From assembly GCA_017999435.1 (NCBI GenBank), contig JAGNLV010000001.1:1022746-1086745 (forward strand): a DNA stretch of 64,000 nt. Reading direction: 5' to 3'. Below the pieces are notes generated by a model, which was not told the origin of the DNA, ran no database searches, and saw only the letters and a program-made list of their open reading frames with translations. This DNA is from Candidatus Zixiibacteriota bacterium. GTDB taxonomy: Bacteria > Zixibacteria > MSB-5A5 > GN15 > FEB-12. Both the position numbers and the translations under genes were made by a program. Each line of letters opens with the position of its first letter. Within the stretch, counting starts at the first letter, position 1. Of this stretch, positions 35,378 to 44,282 are shown in pieces.

Positions 35378-36778
35378 ATGCACCTCGTTGATTACGCCAT
35401 CATTGTCGCCTACCTGGCCGTGCTGTTGTACCTCGGCCTGCGCAACCCGCTGACGGGGAAAAACAGCACGGGCGAGCTGATCCTCGGGGGCCGCCTGCTC
35501 GCCCTCCCGGCCTTTGTCGCCAGCCTGGTCTCGACCTGGTACGGCGGGATCCTCGGGGTCGGGGAGTACAGCTACCGTCACGGGCTGTCCAACTGGCTTG
35601 TTTTCGGGCTTCCCTACTATCTCGCCGCGGCGCTTTTCGCGGTGCTCCTGGCCCGCCGCGCGCGCGAATCGCTCGTGCTGACTATCCCCGACCGCCTCGC
35701 CCAGGCGTACGACAACCGCACCGCCATCGCCGGGGCAGCCATCATCTACCTCATGACTGTCCCCTCCGCCTACATTCTTATGACCGGCGTTCTGTGCGAG
35801 TATCTGTTCGGCTGGCCGTTCTGGCTGGGCGTCGTGGTCGGCACCTTCTTCTCGATCGTGTACGTGTACACGGGCGGGTTCGTCTCGATGGTGCGCACCG
35901 ATATGCTGCAGTTCGTACTCATGTTCCTCGGGTTCATTGTCATGCTCGGAGCAGCCGTCGCGCGCTACGGCGGGTGGTCGTTTCTGCGCTCGGCCGTGCC
36001 GGCGGACCATTTCACCTGGCACGGCGGCAACGCCCCGTTCTACGTGGCGATCTGGTATGTGATCGCCCTGGCCACCCTGATTGAGCCAGCGTTCTACCAG
36101 CGCTGCTACGCTGCGACGAGCGTGCGGGTCGCCCGCGTCGGGATCTACATCTCCATCGCCTTCTGGGCCGTCTTCGACTTCCTCACCACCGTCACCGGCA
36201 TGTACGCCCGGGCCATCCTCCCCGAGCTCGCCGATCCGGTGTCGTCGTATCCCGCGCTGGCCTTTCATCTCCTCCCGCCCGGTCTGCTGGGGATTTTTGC
36301 GCTGGGGCTGTTAGCGACGGTGATGTCCACGGTCGATTCGTACGCGCACATCGCCGCCACCACGTTCGGAAACGACATTGTCGGCCGGGCCGCACGGCTC
36401 AAGGCGGGGGGGATCCTGTTCTACTCGCGGCTGGGGCTCGTCATCTCGTCCGTCCTCGCCATCCTCGTCGCCATCTTCTTCCGCTCGGTCGTCGACATCT
36501 GGCACGCATTCGGGTCGGTGGGAACGCCCGCCCTGCTGGTGCCGGTGGTTACCTCATTTGTGGGGCGCCGGCGGCTTCGCCCCGCGTGGGCTTTGTTATC
36601 GATTGTCGCGTGCGGCGGGTTGTCGGCGCTCTGGCTGGCGGCGAGCTATGTCCGCGCCGACGGCGGCTACTGGTTCGGGATCCAGCCGATTCTCCCCGGC
36701 CTTGTGCTTTCGCTGCTGCTCTTTGCCCTCTTTTCCCGCCCCGTTGCCCCTGGAAACTTGCCAACTCCCCCGGATTAG
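35378..36778 (+). CDS. sodium:solute symporter (SSS) family transporter
   Basis: 466 aa polytopic protein. MHLVDYAIIVAYLAVLLYLGLRN...LALPAFVASLVSTWYGGILGVGEYSY.... Starts 16 nt after the receptor gene. Confidence 0.85.
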   Translation: MHLVDYAIIVAYLAVLLYLGLRNPLTGKNSTGELILGGRLLALPAFVASLVSTWYGGILGVGEYSYRHGLSNWLVFGLPYYLAAALFAVLLARRARESLVLTIPDRLAQAYDNRTAIAGAAIIYLMTVPSAYILMTGVLCEYLFGWPFWLGVVVGTFFSIVYVYTGGFVSMVRTDMLQFVLMFLGFIVMLGAAVARYGGWSFLRSAVPADHFTWHGGNAPFYVAIWYVIALATLIEPAFYQRCYAATSVRVARVGIYISIAFWAVFDFLTTVTGMYARAILPELADPVSSYPALAFHLLPPGLLGIFALGLLATVMSTVDSYAHIAATTFGNDIVGRAARLKAGGILFYSRLGLVISSVLAILVAIFFRSVVDIWHAFGSVGTPALLVPVVTSFVGRRRLRPAWALLSIVACGGLSALWLAASYVRADGGYWFGIQPILPGLVLSLLLFALFSRPVAPGNLPTPPD

Positions 36779-36786
36779 CGTATTAT
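36758..36786 (+). promoter_or_regulatory. candidate promoter giving a leaderless greA mRNA
   Basis: TTGCCA, 17 nt spacer, TATTAT. Only 7 nt separate the -10 box from ATG 36794, and there is no SD. Confidence 0.45.
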
Positions 36787-36793
36787 AAGGCGT

Positions 36794-37270
36794 ATGAGCG
36801 AACCGATTTACATGTCCAAAGACGGCGTCCGTAAACTCGAGGTGGAGTTGACCCGCCTGAAGTTTGAGGAACGACCGAAAATCGTAGCCGACATCAAGCG
36901 CGCCCGCGAGCACGGCGACTTGTCCGAAAACGCCGAATACCACGCCGCCAAAGAGGCCCAGGCCCACCTCGAGCGACGCATCGCCGAACTGGAGCTCAAA
37001 CTCTCGCGGGTCCAGACGATCGACACCGACGCCATCCCCTCCGACCGGGTGTACCTCTATGCGAAAGTGCTGGTGGAGGACATGGTCGACGGGGAGCAGA
37101 TTCAGTATGCCGTCGTCCCCCCGGCGGAGGCCGACGTCGACAACGACATCATTTCCGTCGAATCCCCGATCGGCAAGGGTCTGCTGGGCAAAGCGGAGGG
37201 GGAGGTGGCGGAAATCGCTGTTCCCGCCGGCATGCTCCGATACAAGATTCTGAAGATCTCGCGCGACTGA
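36794..37270 (+). CDS. greA: transcription elongation factor GreA
   Basis: MSEPIYMSKDGVRKLEVELTRLK...AREHGDLSENAEYHAAKE...ISVESPIGKGLLGK.... Confidence 0.95.
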   Translation: MSEPIYMSKDGVRKLEVELTRLKFEERPKIVADIKRAREHGDLSENAEYHAAKEAQAHLERRIAELELKLSRVQTIDTDAIPSDRVYLYAKVLVEDMVDGEQIQYAVVPPAEADVDNDIISVESPIGKGLLGKAEGEVAEIAVPAGMLRYKILKISRD

Positions 37271-37468
37271 GCGGCACCCGCGTTGGGCCGCCTGCGTTCC
37301 GCAGGGAGTTCGATGGCGGGGGTTTTTCCCGGCGCCGGGAACGAGCAACCCATCGCGGCCCTCCCCCGAGGCGGGCAACCTGCCCGCGGGTCCGTGTGAT
37401 CCCTTGAGTCCCTGCGCGAAGCTCCCCCGATTCCCTTGCGGCGCGCCTCCCCCGGCGGCGCCGCTCAA

Positions 37469-37642
37469 TCACTCGTCGTCGTCCCCGAACGTCCCCTCCA
37501 CCGGGTCTTCTTCGAAGTAGTCCTCGTCTTCTTCCGGTTCGAGTCCGGCGGCAAGATAAGCGCATTCAAGGGAGCAGTATATTTCCCCCTCTTGTTTCAC
37601 CGGTTTCCCTTTGATCTCTTCGCCGCACTGTGCGCACTGCAT
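37469..37642 (-). CDS. small Cys4 zinc-ribbon-like protein with acidic tail
   Basis: MQCAQCGEEIKGKPVKQEGEIYCSLECAYLAAGLEPEEDEDYFEEDPVEGTFGDDDE. GAGGG lies 9 nt upstream of ATG 37642. The track ORF extends to 37735, which is an alternative start. Confidence 0.5.
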   Translation of the reverse strand: MQCAQCGEEIKGKPVKQEGEIYCSLECAYLAAGLEPEEDEDYFEEDPVEGTFGDDDE

Positions 37643-38140
37643 GCTGGTATCCCTCAGGTTATGACCTTCCTGCCACTTTTGTGCGCGGGTGCGGTGACCC
37701 GCGCCGCGGTCAGGTTTTTCGACGTCTTCTGCCATCGCTGATTTACGGCCGATGACTCTGTCGGGCGGCCGTTTTCAGTCCCCATATAGAACGGGTGAAT
37801 TTCCCCGCGCAACTGATTTTTCCATGTCGGGCGCGGTTTTTGACCTCTCCCGGCGCGCCCCGAAAGCCCGCCCGCCGCACGACTTCCGGGCCGGCACGCG
37901 CGGTCAAGCGGCGAATTCATCCGGCTGAGCCACCGGCCGGGTTCAGGGAGCGTCCGGTGCGTCAATTTCAGTCGAACTATGACGGAATTCGACCGGCTGC
38001 GCACCCTTCCGCCGCTCCGGAGGCGGCCGCCGCGTTCCCGCGTTTTCCTGTTCCGGCGGTCCCGATTGCGCCGGTTTTCCTATGGGTAGCCGCGTGCGGC
38101 GCGGAGTACGGCCGCCGCCTGCAGGCGCGCCCGATTTCGG

Positions 38141-38168
38141 TTGACCTCGCATTCCTGCGTCCTATATT
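38141..38168 (+). promoter_or_regulatory. candidate sigma-70 promoter for DUF1015-serA-serC
   Basis: TTGACC, 16 nt spacer, TATATT. Confidence 0.45.
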
Positions 38169-38218
38169 GTACGCAAGTTGTGAAATCGTTCACATTAGGC
38201 CCCAAAGCGAGGATTGCA

Positions 38219-39463
38219 ATGTCGATTGTCAGGCCCTTCAAGGGGCTTCGCCCCCGACCCGAATACGCCGGCCAGGTCGCCGCGCCGCCGTATGATGTCC
38301 TGTCCTCGGACGAGGCGCGCGCGATGGCCGCCGGCAACCCGATTTCATTTCTCCACGTGAACAAGCCGGAAATTGATTTCCCGCCGGACCAGGACCCGAC
38401 CGCTCCCGCCGTTTATGAGGCCGGGCGCAAGAATCTCCAGGCGCTGGTCGACCGCGGCGTCATGTGCCGCGACACCTCCCCCTGCCTCTACCTGTATCGT
38501 TTGACCTGGCGGGGGCGGAGCCAGACCGGTCTCTGGGCGCTGACGTCGTGCGATGAATACAATCGCAACCTGATCAAGAAACACGAGCACACCCGTCCGG
38601 CCAAAGTCTCCGATCGGGCCGACCACATGGAGACACTCGGCGCCCAAGTGGGACCGGTCTTCTCCTGCTTCCGGCACAACGAAGAGATCCGGCGGCTTTT
38701 CGACCACGTCAAGAAGGTACCGCCGATGATCGACATTACGACCGAGCAGGGCGTGCGCCACGAGCTCTGGGTGATCAGCCACCGCGACACACTCGACAGC
38801 CTGGCGGCGGCCTTCGGCCGGCTGCCGTACCTGTATATCGCCGATGGCCACCACCGGTCGGCCGCGGCGGCCGAGGTGGCGGGCCGCCGGGCGGCGAAGA
38901 ACCCGCACCACAGCGGCGACGAACACTACAACTTCTTTATGAACGTGATCTTTCCCGACGACGAGCTTCGCATTCTCCCGTACAATCGCGTCGTCCGGAG
39001 CCTCAACGGCATGACCCTCGAGGAGCTCTTTGCGCGGGCCGGCGACACCTTCACGTTCGCGCCGTCGGACGCTCCGGTCGAGCCGCAGAAACCGTACGAG
39101 TTCGGCCTCTACGCCGCCGGCCGCTGGTACCGGATGAGCGCCCGGCCGGGGAAGGTGGCGGCGGCCGGTCCGGCTGAGGCCATTGACTCCGCCGTCCTGA
39201 CCCGGCACTTTCTCACGCCCTATCTTGGCATCAAGGATATTCGCACCGACGACCGGATCGACTTTGTCGGCGGCATTCGCGGCGTGAACGAGCTTGAGCG
39301 CCTGGTCGACTCCGGCGCCTTCGCCATCGCGTTCTCGCTTTTCCCGGCGACGGTTGACCAGCTGCTGGCGGTGGCCGACGCCGGCGAAGTCATGCCGCCC
39401 AAGTCTACCTGGTTTGAACCCAAACTCCGTAGTGGCCTCGTGGTGAACTACCTCGATGAATAG
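38219..39463 (+). CDS. DUF1015-family protein
   Basis: ATG 38219. MSIVRPFKGLRPRPEYAGQVAAPPYDVLSSDEAR...YIADGHHRSAAA... is characteristic of DUF1015. Confidence 0.85.
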   Translation: MSIVRPFKGLRPRPEYAGQVAAPPYDVLSSDEARAMAAGNPISFLHVNKPEIDFPPDQDPTAPAVYEAGRKNLQALVDRGVMCRDTSPCLYLYRLTWRGRSQTGLWALTSCDEYNRNLIKKHEHTRPAKVSDRADHMETLGAQVGPVFSCFRHNEEIRRLFDHVKKVPPMIDITTEQGVRHELWVISHRDTLDSLAAAFGRLPYLYIADGHHRSAAAAEVAGRRAAKNPHHSGDEHYNFFMNVIFPDDELRILPYNRVVRSLNGMTLEELFARAGDTFTFAPSDAPVEPQKPYEFGLYAAGRWYRMSARPGKVAAAGPAEAIDSAVLTRHFLTPYLGIKDIRTDDRIDFVGGIRGVNELERLVDSGAFAIAFSLFPATVDQLLAVADAGEVMPPKSTWFEPKLRSGLVVNYLDE

Positions 39464-39480
39464 ATGAAAGGGATGGATGT

Positions 39481-40359
39481 ATGTTGATTCTCATTTCCGA
39501 CGCGTTTGATGCTTCCCTGCCGGGCATTTTGTCCCGGTTCGGCGAGGTGACCGATGACAAGTCCCGTCTGGCCGACGCCGAGATCGTGCTGATTCGGAGC
39601 AAGACGAAAGTGACGCGGGAGTACATCGACTCGGCTCCCCGTCTGCGCTACGTCATTCGGGGCGGCGTCGGCCTGGACAACGTCGATGTCGCCTACGCCC
39701 GGACCAAGGGGATCAAGGTCGACAACACGGCGGATGCCTCCACCACCGCGGTGGCCGAGCTGGCGTTCGCCCTCATGATTGCGCTGCCCAACCACATTGC
39801 CGCCGCCGACGCGTCCATGCGCCAGGGGAAGTGGCTGAAGAACGAGCTCAAGCGCACCGAGCTGTACGGCAAGACGCTGGGGATCCTCGGCATCGGCCGG
39901 ATCGGCCTGTCGCTGGCGGTCCGCGCCCGCGCTTTCCAGATGAGAGTTCTCGGGTGGCACCCCGATGTCTACTTCACCGACTTCGCCGAGATCTGCCCGA
40001 CCATGGAAGAGGTGCTCGAGCGCTCCGACTATGTGTCGCTCCACATGCCGCTCGTCGATTCCACCCGCGGCATCATCAACAAGGAGACGCTCAAGAGATT
40101 CAAGGACGGCGCCTACCTGATCAACACCGGCCGCGGCAAGTGCATCGTCGAGCAGGATGTCGTGGACGCCCTCAAGAGCGGCAAGCTCCGCGGGTATGCC
40201 ACCGACGTGTGGAATTCCGACCCGCCAGAGAATTCGCCGCTGCTGGGCGCTCCGAACACGATTCTTACGCCGCACATCGGCGCCTCCACCAAGGAGAACA
40301 TGATCCGCATCGGCATCATTGTCGAGCGGCTCATCGAAGACTACACGGCCAAGAAGTAA
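39481..40359 (+). CDS. D-isomer-specific 2-hydroxyacid dehydrogenase (short 3-phosphoglycerate dehydrogenase-like)
   Basis: NAD-binding GILGIGRIGLSLA. Catalytic region LINTGRG...TPHIGAST. Sits next to serC. Confidence 0.8.
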   Translation: MLILISDAFDASLPGILSRFGEVTDDKSRLADAEIVLIRSKTKVTREYIDSAPRLRYVIRGGVGLDNVDVAYARTKGIKVDNTADASTTAVAELAFALMIALPNHIAAADASMRQGKWLKNELKRTELYGKTLGILGIGRIGLSLAVRARAFQMRVLGWHPDVYFTDFAEICPTMEEVLERSDYVSLHMPLVDSTRGIINKETLKRFKDGAYLINTGRGKCIVEQDVVDALKSGKLRGYATDVWNSDPPENSPLLGAPNTILTPHIGASTKENMIRIGIIVERLIEDYTAKK

Positions 40360-40386
40360 CCGCTCACGGCATAGGGAGAAAATCTT

Positions 40387-41469
40387 ATGGCTCATCGTGT
40401 CTACAATTTCAATCCCGGGCCCGCCGTCCTCCCCCTGGAGGTCCTCGAGACCGTCCAGAAGGAGCTTCTGGATTACAAGGGCACGGGGATGTCGATTCTC
40501 GAGAGTTCCCACCGCGCGGCCGAGTACACCGAGGTCAACGACCAGTGCATCGCCCTCGCGCGCGAGCTCTTCGGCCTGCCCGCGGATTACCACGTTCTGT
40601 TCATGACCGGCGGCGCCTCCACCCAGTTCGCACTTGTCCCCATGAACTTCCTGAACGGCAAGACGGGCGCCTACATCGACACCGGCTCCTGGTCCAACAA
40701 GGCGATCAAGGAAGCCAAGATCGTGGGGAAAGCCCACGTCTGCTACTCCGGCAAGGAGGGCGGCTACAAACACATTCCGACCCAGAAGGAACTCGATATT
40801 CCCGCCGACGCCGCCTATCTCCACATGACCACCAACAACACGATCTACGGCACCCAGTTTTCCTCCATTCCGGACAGCAAGGGGCTGCCGTTGATCGCCG
40901 ACATGTCCTCCGACATCGCCTCGCGGCGGCTCGACTTCACGAAGTTCGACCTCATCTACGCGGGCGCCCAGAAGAACATCGGCCCCGCCGGCGTCACCCT
41001 CGTCCTCCTGAGGGACCGGCTGCTGAAGACGGCCAATCCGAACCTGCCGACCATGTTCAAGTACGGCACCCACGCCGAGGAGAAGTCGCTCTACAACACG
41101 CCGCCGGCATTCGGCGTCTACGTCATGAAACTCGTCTTCGAGTGGATCAAACGGCAGGGCGGCCTGGCGGCGGTCGAAAAGGTCAACCTGGCCAAGAAGG
41201 AACGGGTGTACCAGATAATGGATCTGTACCCCGATTACTACCGCGGCCACTGCGACAAGGAAAGCCGCTCCTGGATGAACATCACCCTCCGCCTTCCCAC
41301 CGAGGATCTCGAGAAGAAGTTCCTCGCGGAGGCCAAGGCGCAGGGGTTCATCGGGCTCAAGGGCCACCGCAGTGTCGGCGGCATCCGGGTCTCCGCCTAC
41401 AACGCCCTGCCGCTTGAAGGCGTCGACAAGCTCGTGGCGTTCATGGAGAAGTTCAAGAAGCAGAACTGA
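40387..41469 (+). CDS. serC: phosphoserine aminotransferase
   Basis: VYNFNPGPAVLPLEVLETVQKELLDYKGTGMSILESSHR...YAGAQKNIGPAGVTLV.... Confidence 0.95.
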   Translation: MAHRVYNFNPGPAVLPLEVLETVQKELLDYKGTGMSILESSHRAAEYTEVNDQCIALARELFGLPADYHVLFMTGGASTQFALVPMNFLNGKTGAYIDTGSWSNKAIKEAKIVGKAHVCYSGKEGGYKHIPTQKELDIPADAAYLHMTTNNTIYGTQFSSIPDSKGLPLIADMSSDIASRRLDFTKFDLIYAGAQKNIGPAGVTLVLLRDRLLKTANPNLPTMFKYGTHAEEKSLYNTPPAFGVYVMKLVFEWIKRQGGLAAVEKVNLAKKERVYQIMDLYPDYYRGHCDKESRSWMNITLRLPTEDLEKKFLAEAKAQGFIGLKGHRSVGGIRVSAYNALPLEGVDKLVAFMEKFKKQN

Positions 41470-41496
41470 CCCGGCCCGTGCATCCGGTCAACATCC

Positions 41497-41529
41497 GCGG
41501 CGAGGCCCCAGCCTCGCCGCTTTCTTTAT
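41497..41529 (+). terminator. rho-independent terminator after serC
   Basis: GCGGCGAGGC CCCA GCCTCGCCGC followed by TTTCTTTAT. Confidence 0.8.
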
Positions 41530-41763
41530 CCGGCCCGACCGGGCGGCCCGCCGGCGCCGCATCGGGCCGGGAGTCCCGGTTCCGGATCGCCGGCGGCAAG
41601 CGGGGCGATCGCATTCGTGGATTTCGCTCGCACCGTCCCTCGCGAGGGTGCGCCCGGCCTTCGATTCCGGTGGGCGGGTGAGGGCGGCCAGGCGGGGGGA
41701 GTTCAGCTCTAAGATGTTATTTCGCAAGAGGTAACGATCTCCCGAAGCGAACCGGCTATTAAC

Positions 41764-41792
41764 TTGACAAACATACCCAGAATGGCTTTCAT
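41764..41792 (+). promoter_or_regulatory. weak candidate promoter upstream of the SPT-like gene
   Basis: TTGACA, 17 nt spacer, TTTCAT. Confidence 0.25.
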
Positions 41793-41836
41793 AGACGGTT
41801 CGGACGGAGTGTGCCAACCGCAACAAAGGAGTTGAC

Positions 41837-43069
41837 TTGCCAGCCGAGAAGAAGGCCGCTGTGGTGACGTCATACCCGGACCTGTTCGAGAAGTGCTACG
41901 CGTACACCGAACCGCAGAAGGTGCAGGCGATGGGGATCTATCCCTATTTCCATCCCCTGCAGTCGGCGCCGGGCAACGAGGTGATTGTCGACGGTAAGAA
42001 GTGCATCATGGTCGGCTCCAACAACTACCTCGGCCTGGTCGACCATCCCAAGGTGAAGGAGGCGGCGGCCGAGGCGGCCCGCAAATTCGGTTCCGGGTGC
42101 ACCGGTTCGCGCTTTCTCAACGGCACGCTCGACCTGCACCTGGAGCTGGAGGAGCGGCTGGCCCGGTTCATGCAGCGCCCGGCCGCCCTGGTCTTCTCCA
42201 CCGGTTTCCAGACCAACCTGGGGACGATTGCGACGCTCGTGGGTAAGAACGACGCCGTCGTGATCGACCGCAGCGACCACGCGAGCATAGTCGACGGCAC
42301 CCGGCTCTCCTTCGGCAAGGTGTACAAGTTCGCCCACAACAACACGGAGGATCTCGACCGGGTGCTCGCCCGCGTCCGGCGCGAGATCACCCGCGGCGGC
42401 GTTATCATTGTCGTCGACGGCGTCTTCTCCATGGAGGGCGACATCATCAATCTCGCCGACCTGGTCCCGGTGGCCGAGAAGTACAACGCGCGGGTGCTGG
42501 TTGACGACGCCCACGCGGTGGGCGTTCTCGGCAAGACCGGCGCCGGCACGGCCGAGCACTTCGGCCTGATCGACCGCGTCGGCATCACCATGGGCACGTT
42601 CTCGAAATCGTTCGCCTCGCTCGGCGGATTCATCGCCGCCGACTGGGAAGTCATCAACTACATCAAGCACCGGGCGCGGGCGCTGATCTTTTCCGCCTCC
42701 ATCCCCCCGTCCAACGCCGCCGCCGTGCTGGCCGCGCTCGACATCATCCAGGCGGAACCGGAACGGCGCGAGCGCCTCTGGAAGAATGCGCTGCGCATGC
42801 AGAAGGAGTTCCGCGACCTGGGCTTCAACATCTGCCACTCGCAGACCCCGATTGTCCCGCTCGTCGTCGGCGACGACCTCGATGCGTTCGCCTTCTGGAA
42901 AGCTCTCTTCGACAACGGCGTTTTCACCAACCCGGTGATTTCTCCCGCCGTGCCGCCGGGCCAGGCCATGATCCGCACCTCCTACACCGCCACCCACACC
43001 GACGACCAGCTCGACCGCGTGGTCGAGGTGATCGCCAAGGTCGGCCGCGAGAAGGGGATCATTCCGTAG
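41837..43069 (+). CDS. alpha-oxoamine synthase, serine palmitoyltransferase-like (PLP-dependent)
   Basis: TTG start after AAGGAG. GSGCTGSRFLNGT..., STGFQTNLG, DDAHAVG, the PLP-lysine motif GTFSKSF, and RERLWKNA. By recollection it is closer to bacterial SPT than to BioF or Kbl. Confidence 0.8.
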   Translation: MPAEKKAAVVTSYPDLFEKCYAYTEPQKVQAMGIYPYFHPLQSAPGNEVIVDGKKCIMVGSNNYLGLVDHPKVKEAAAEAARKFGSGCTGSRFLNGTLDLHLELEERLARFMQRPAALVFSTGFQTNLGTIATLVGKNDAVVIDRSDHASIVDGTRLSFGKVYKFAHNNTEDLDRVLARVRREITRGGVIIVVDGVFSMEGDIINLADLVPVAEKYNARVLVDDAHAVGVLGKTGAGTAEHFGLIDRVGITMGTFSKSFASLGGFIAADWEVINYIKHRARALIFSASIPPSNAAAVLAALDIIQAEPERRERLWKNALRMQKEFRDLGFNICHSQTPIVPLVVGDDLDAFAFWKALFDNGVFTNPVISPAVPPGQAMIRTSYTATHTDDQLDRVVEVIAKVGREKGIIP

Positions 43070-43075
43070 ACGCCT

Positions 43076-44206
43076 ATGCCGAACAACGTCCAGGTCGTCG
43101 AAGTTGAGTCGCGCGCGCAGTTGCGGGATTTCATTACCTATCCCAACCGCCTCTACCGGGATGATCCGTGCTACGTCGTTCCGCTGCTGAGCGAGCGCCT
43201 GGAGTTCTTTGATTTTGAGAAGAACCCGTTCTACCGGGCCGCCCGGGTGCGGCTCTTTCTCGCCAAGCGGGGGGAGGTAACGGTGGGGCGGATCGCCACC
43301 TGCATCAATTATGCCCACAACGAGTTCCACGGCGAGAAGACCGGGTTCTTCGGCTTCTTCGACTGCCCCGACGACTACGATGTTGCGTTTGTCCTGCTCA
43401 AGGTTGCCATGATCCGGCTCAAGATGGAGGGGATGGAGAAGATGCGCGGCCCCATGAACTTCTCCACCAACCACGAAATCGGCTTCCTGGTCGAGGGTTT
43501 TGACGAGCCGCCCCGCATCATGATGCCCTACAACCCGCCGTACTTGCCGGAGCTCGCGGCCCGTTTCGGCCTGCGCAAGGCGATGGACCTCCTGGCGTAC
43601 AAACTCACCGATGAGACCCCGATCCCCGAGCGCGTGGAGACGGTGATCGGGAAGATCCGGCAGCGCGGCAATCTGGTCGTCCGCCCCATCCGCCTCCGCG
43701 ACTTCGACAACGAGGTCGACCGGGTGAACCAGGTCTACAACCAGGCCTGGCAGAACAACTGGGGGTTTGTGCCGATGGGCGACGCCGAGTTCCGCTGGAT
43801 CGCCCGCAATCTCCGGCAGGTGATCGATCCCGACCTCGCCCTGCTGTGCGAGCACGAGGGCCGCCCGGTCGCCTTCATCCTCGGCATCCCCGACATCAAC
43901 CAGGCGCTCGCCCGCCTCCGCGGCCGCCTGTTCCCGCTCGGGCTGCTCCGGCTGCTCTGGCACACCAAGATCCGGAACAAGATCGACGGCGTGCGGGTGC
44001 TCACCATGGGAGTCATTCCCCCCTACCAGCGCCGCGGCATCGACATGATGCTCTACACGGAGGTCTACCGCCGGGGCGTCAAGAAGGGGTACCGGTGGGC
44101 CGAGCTCTCGTGGATTCTCGAGACCAACACCCTCATGCGCAGCGCCGCCGACGCGATCGGCGCCAAAGTCTACAAGCGCTACCGCATCGTCGAATTGCCC
44201 CTCTAG
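43076..44206 (+). CDS. large GNAT-like acyltransferase of unknown specificity
   Basis: Starts 6 nt after the SPT-like gene. 376 aa. N-terminal ...FITYPNRLYRDDPCYVVPLL...TGFFGFFDC. C-terminal GNAT core ...VLTMGVIPPYQRRGIDMMLY.... Confidence 0.65.
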   Translation: MPNNVQVVEVESRAQLRDFITYPNRLYRDDPCYVVPLLSERLEFFDFEKNPFYRAARVRLFLAKRGEVTVGRIATCINYAHNEFHGEKTGFFGFFDCPDDYDVAFVLLKVAMIRLKMEGMEKMRGPMNFSTNHEIGFLVEGFDEPPRIMMPYNPPYLPELAARFGLRKAMDLLAYKLTDETPIPERVETVIGKIRQRGNLVVRPIRLRDFDNEVDRVNQVYNQAWQNNWGFVPMGDAEFRWIARNLRQVIDPDLALLCEHEGRPVAFILGIPDINQALARLRGRLFPLGLLRLLWHTKIRNKIDGVRVLTMGVIPPYQRRGIDMMLYTEVYRRGVKKGYRWAELSWILETNTLMRSAADAIGAKVYKRYRIVELPL

Positions 44207-44247
44207 CCCCGCCGGTCGGGGCGCGCCGGCGGCCGCCCGAAACGCCG

Positions 44248-44276
44248 TTGACCTGGCGCGCGCCAACCGCTATACT
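44248..44276 (+). promoter_or_regulatory. sigma-70 promoter giving a leaderless mRNA
   Basis: TTGACC, 17 nt spacer, TATACT. Only 6 nt separate the -10 box from ATG 44283. Confidence 0.5.
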
Positions 44277-44282
44277 GTCCCC

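Noticed and set aside
37271-37468. Possible terminators between greA and the convergent small gene (TTCCCGGCGCCGGGAA palindrome, GGCGGGGGTTTTT).
   Set aside because: Stems are short or interrupted and the T-tract is not positioned after a clean hairpin. Not confident enough to annotate.
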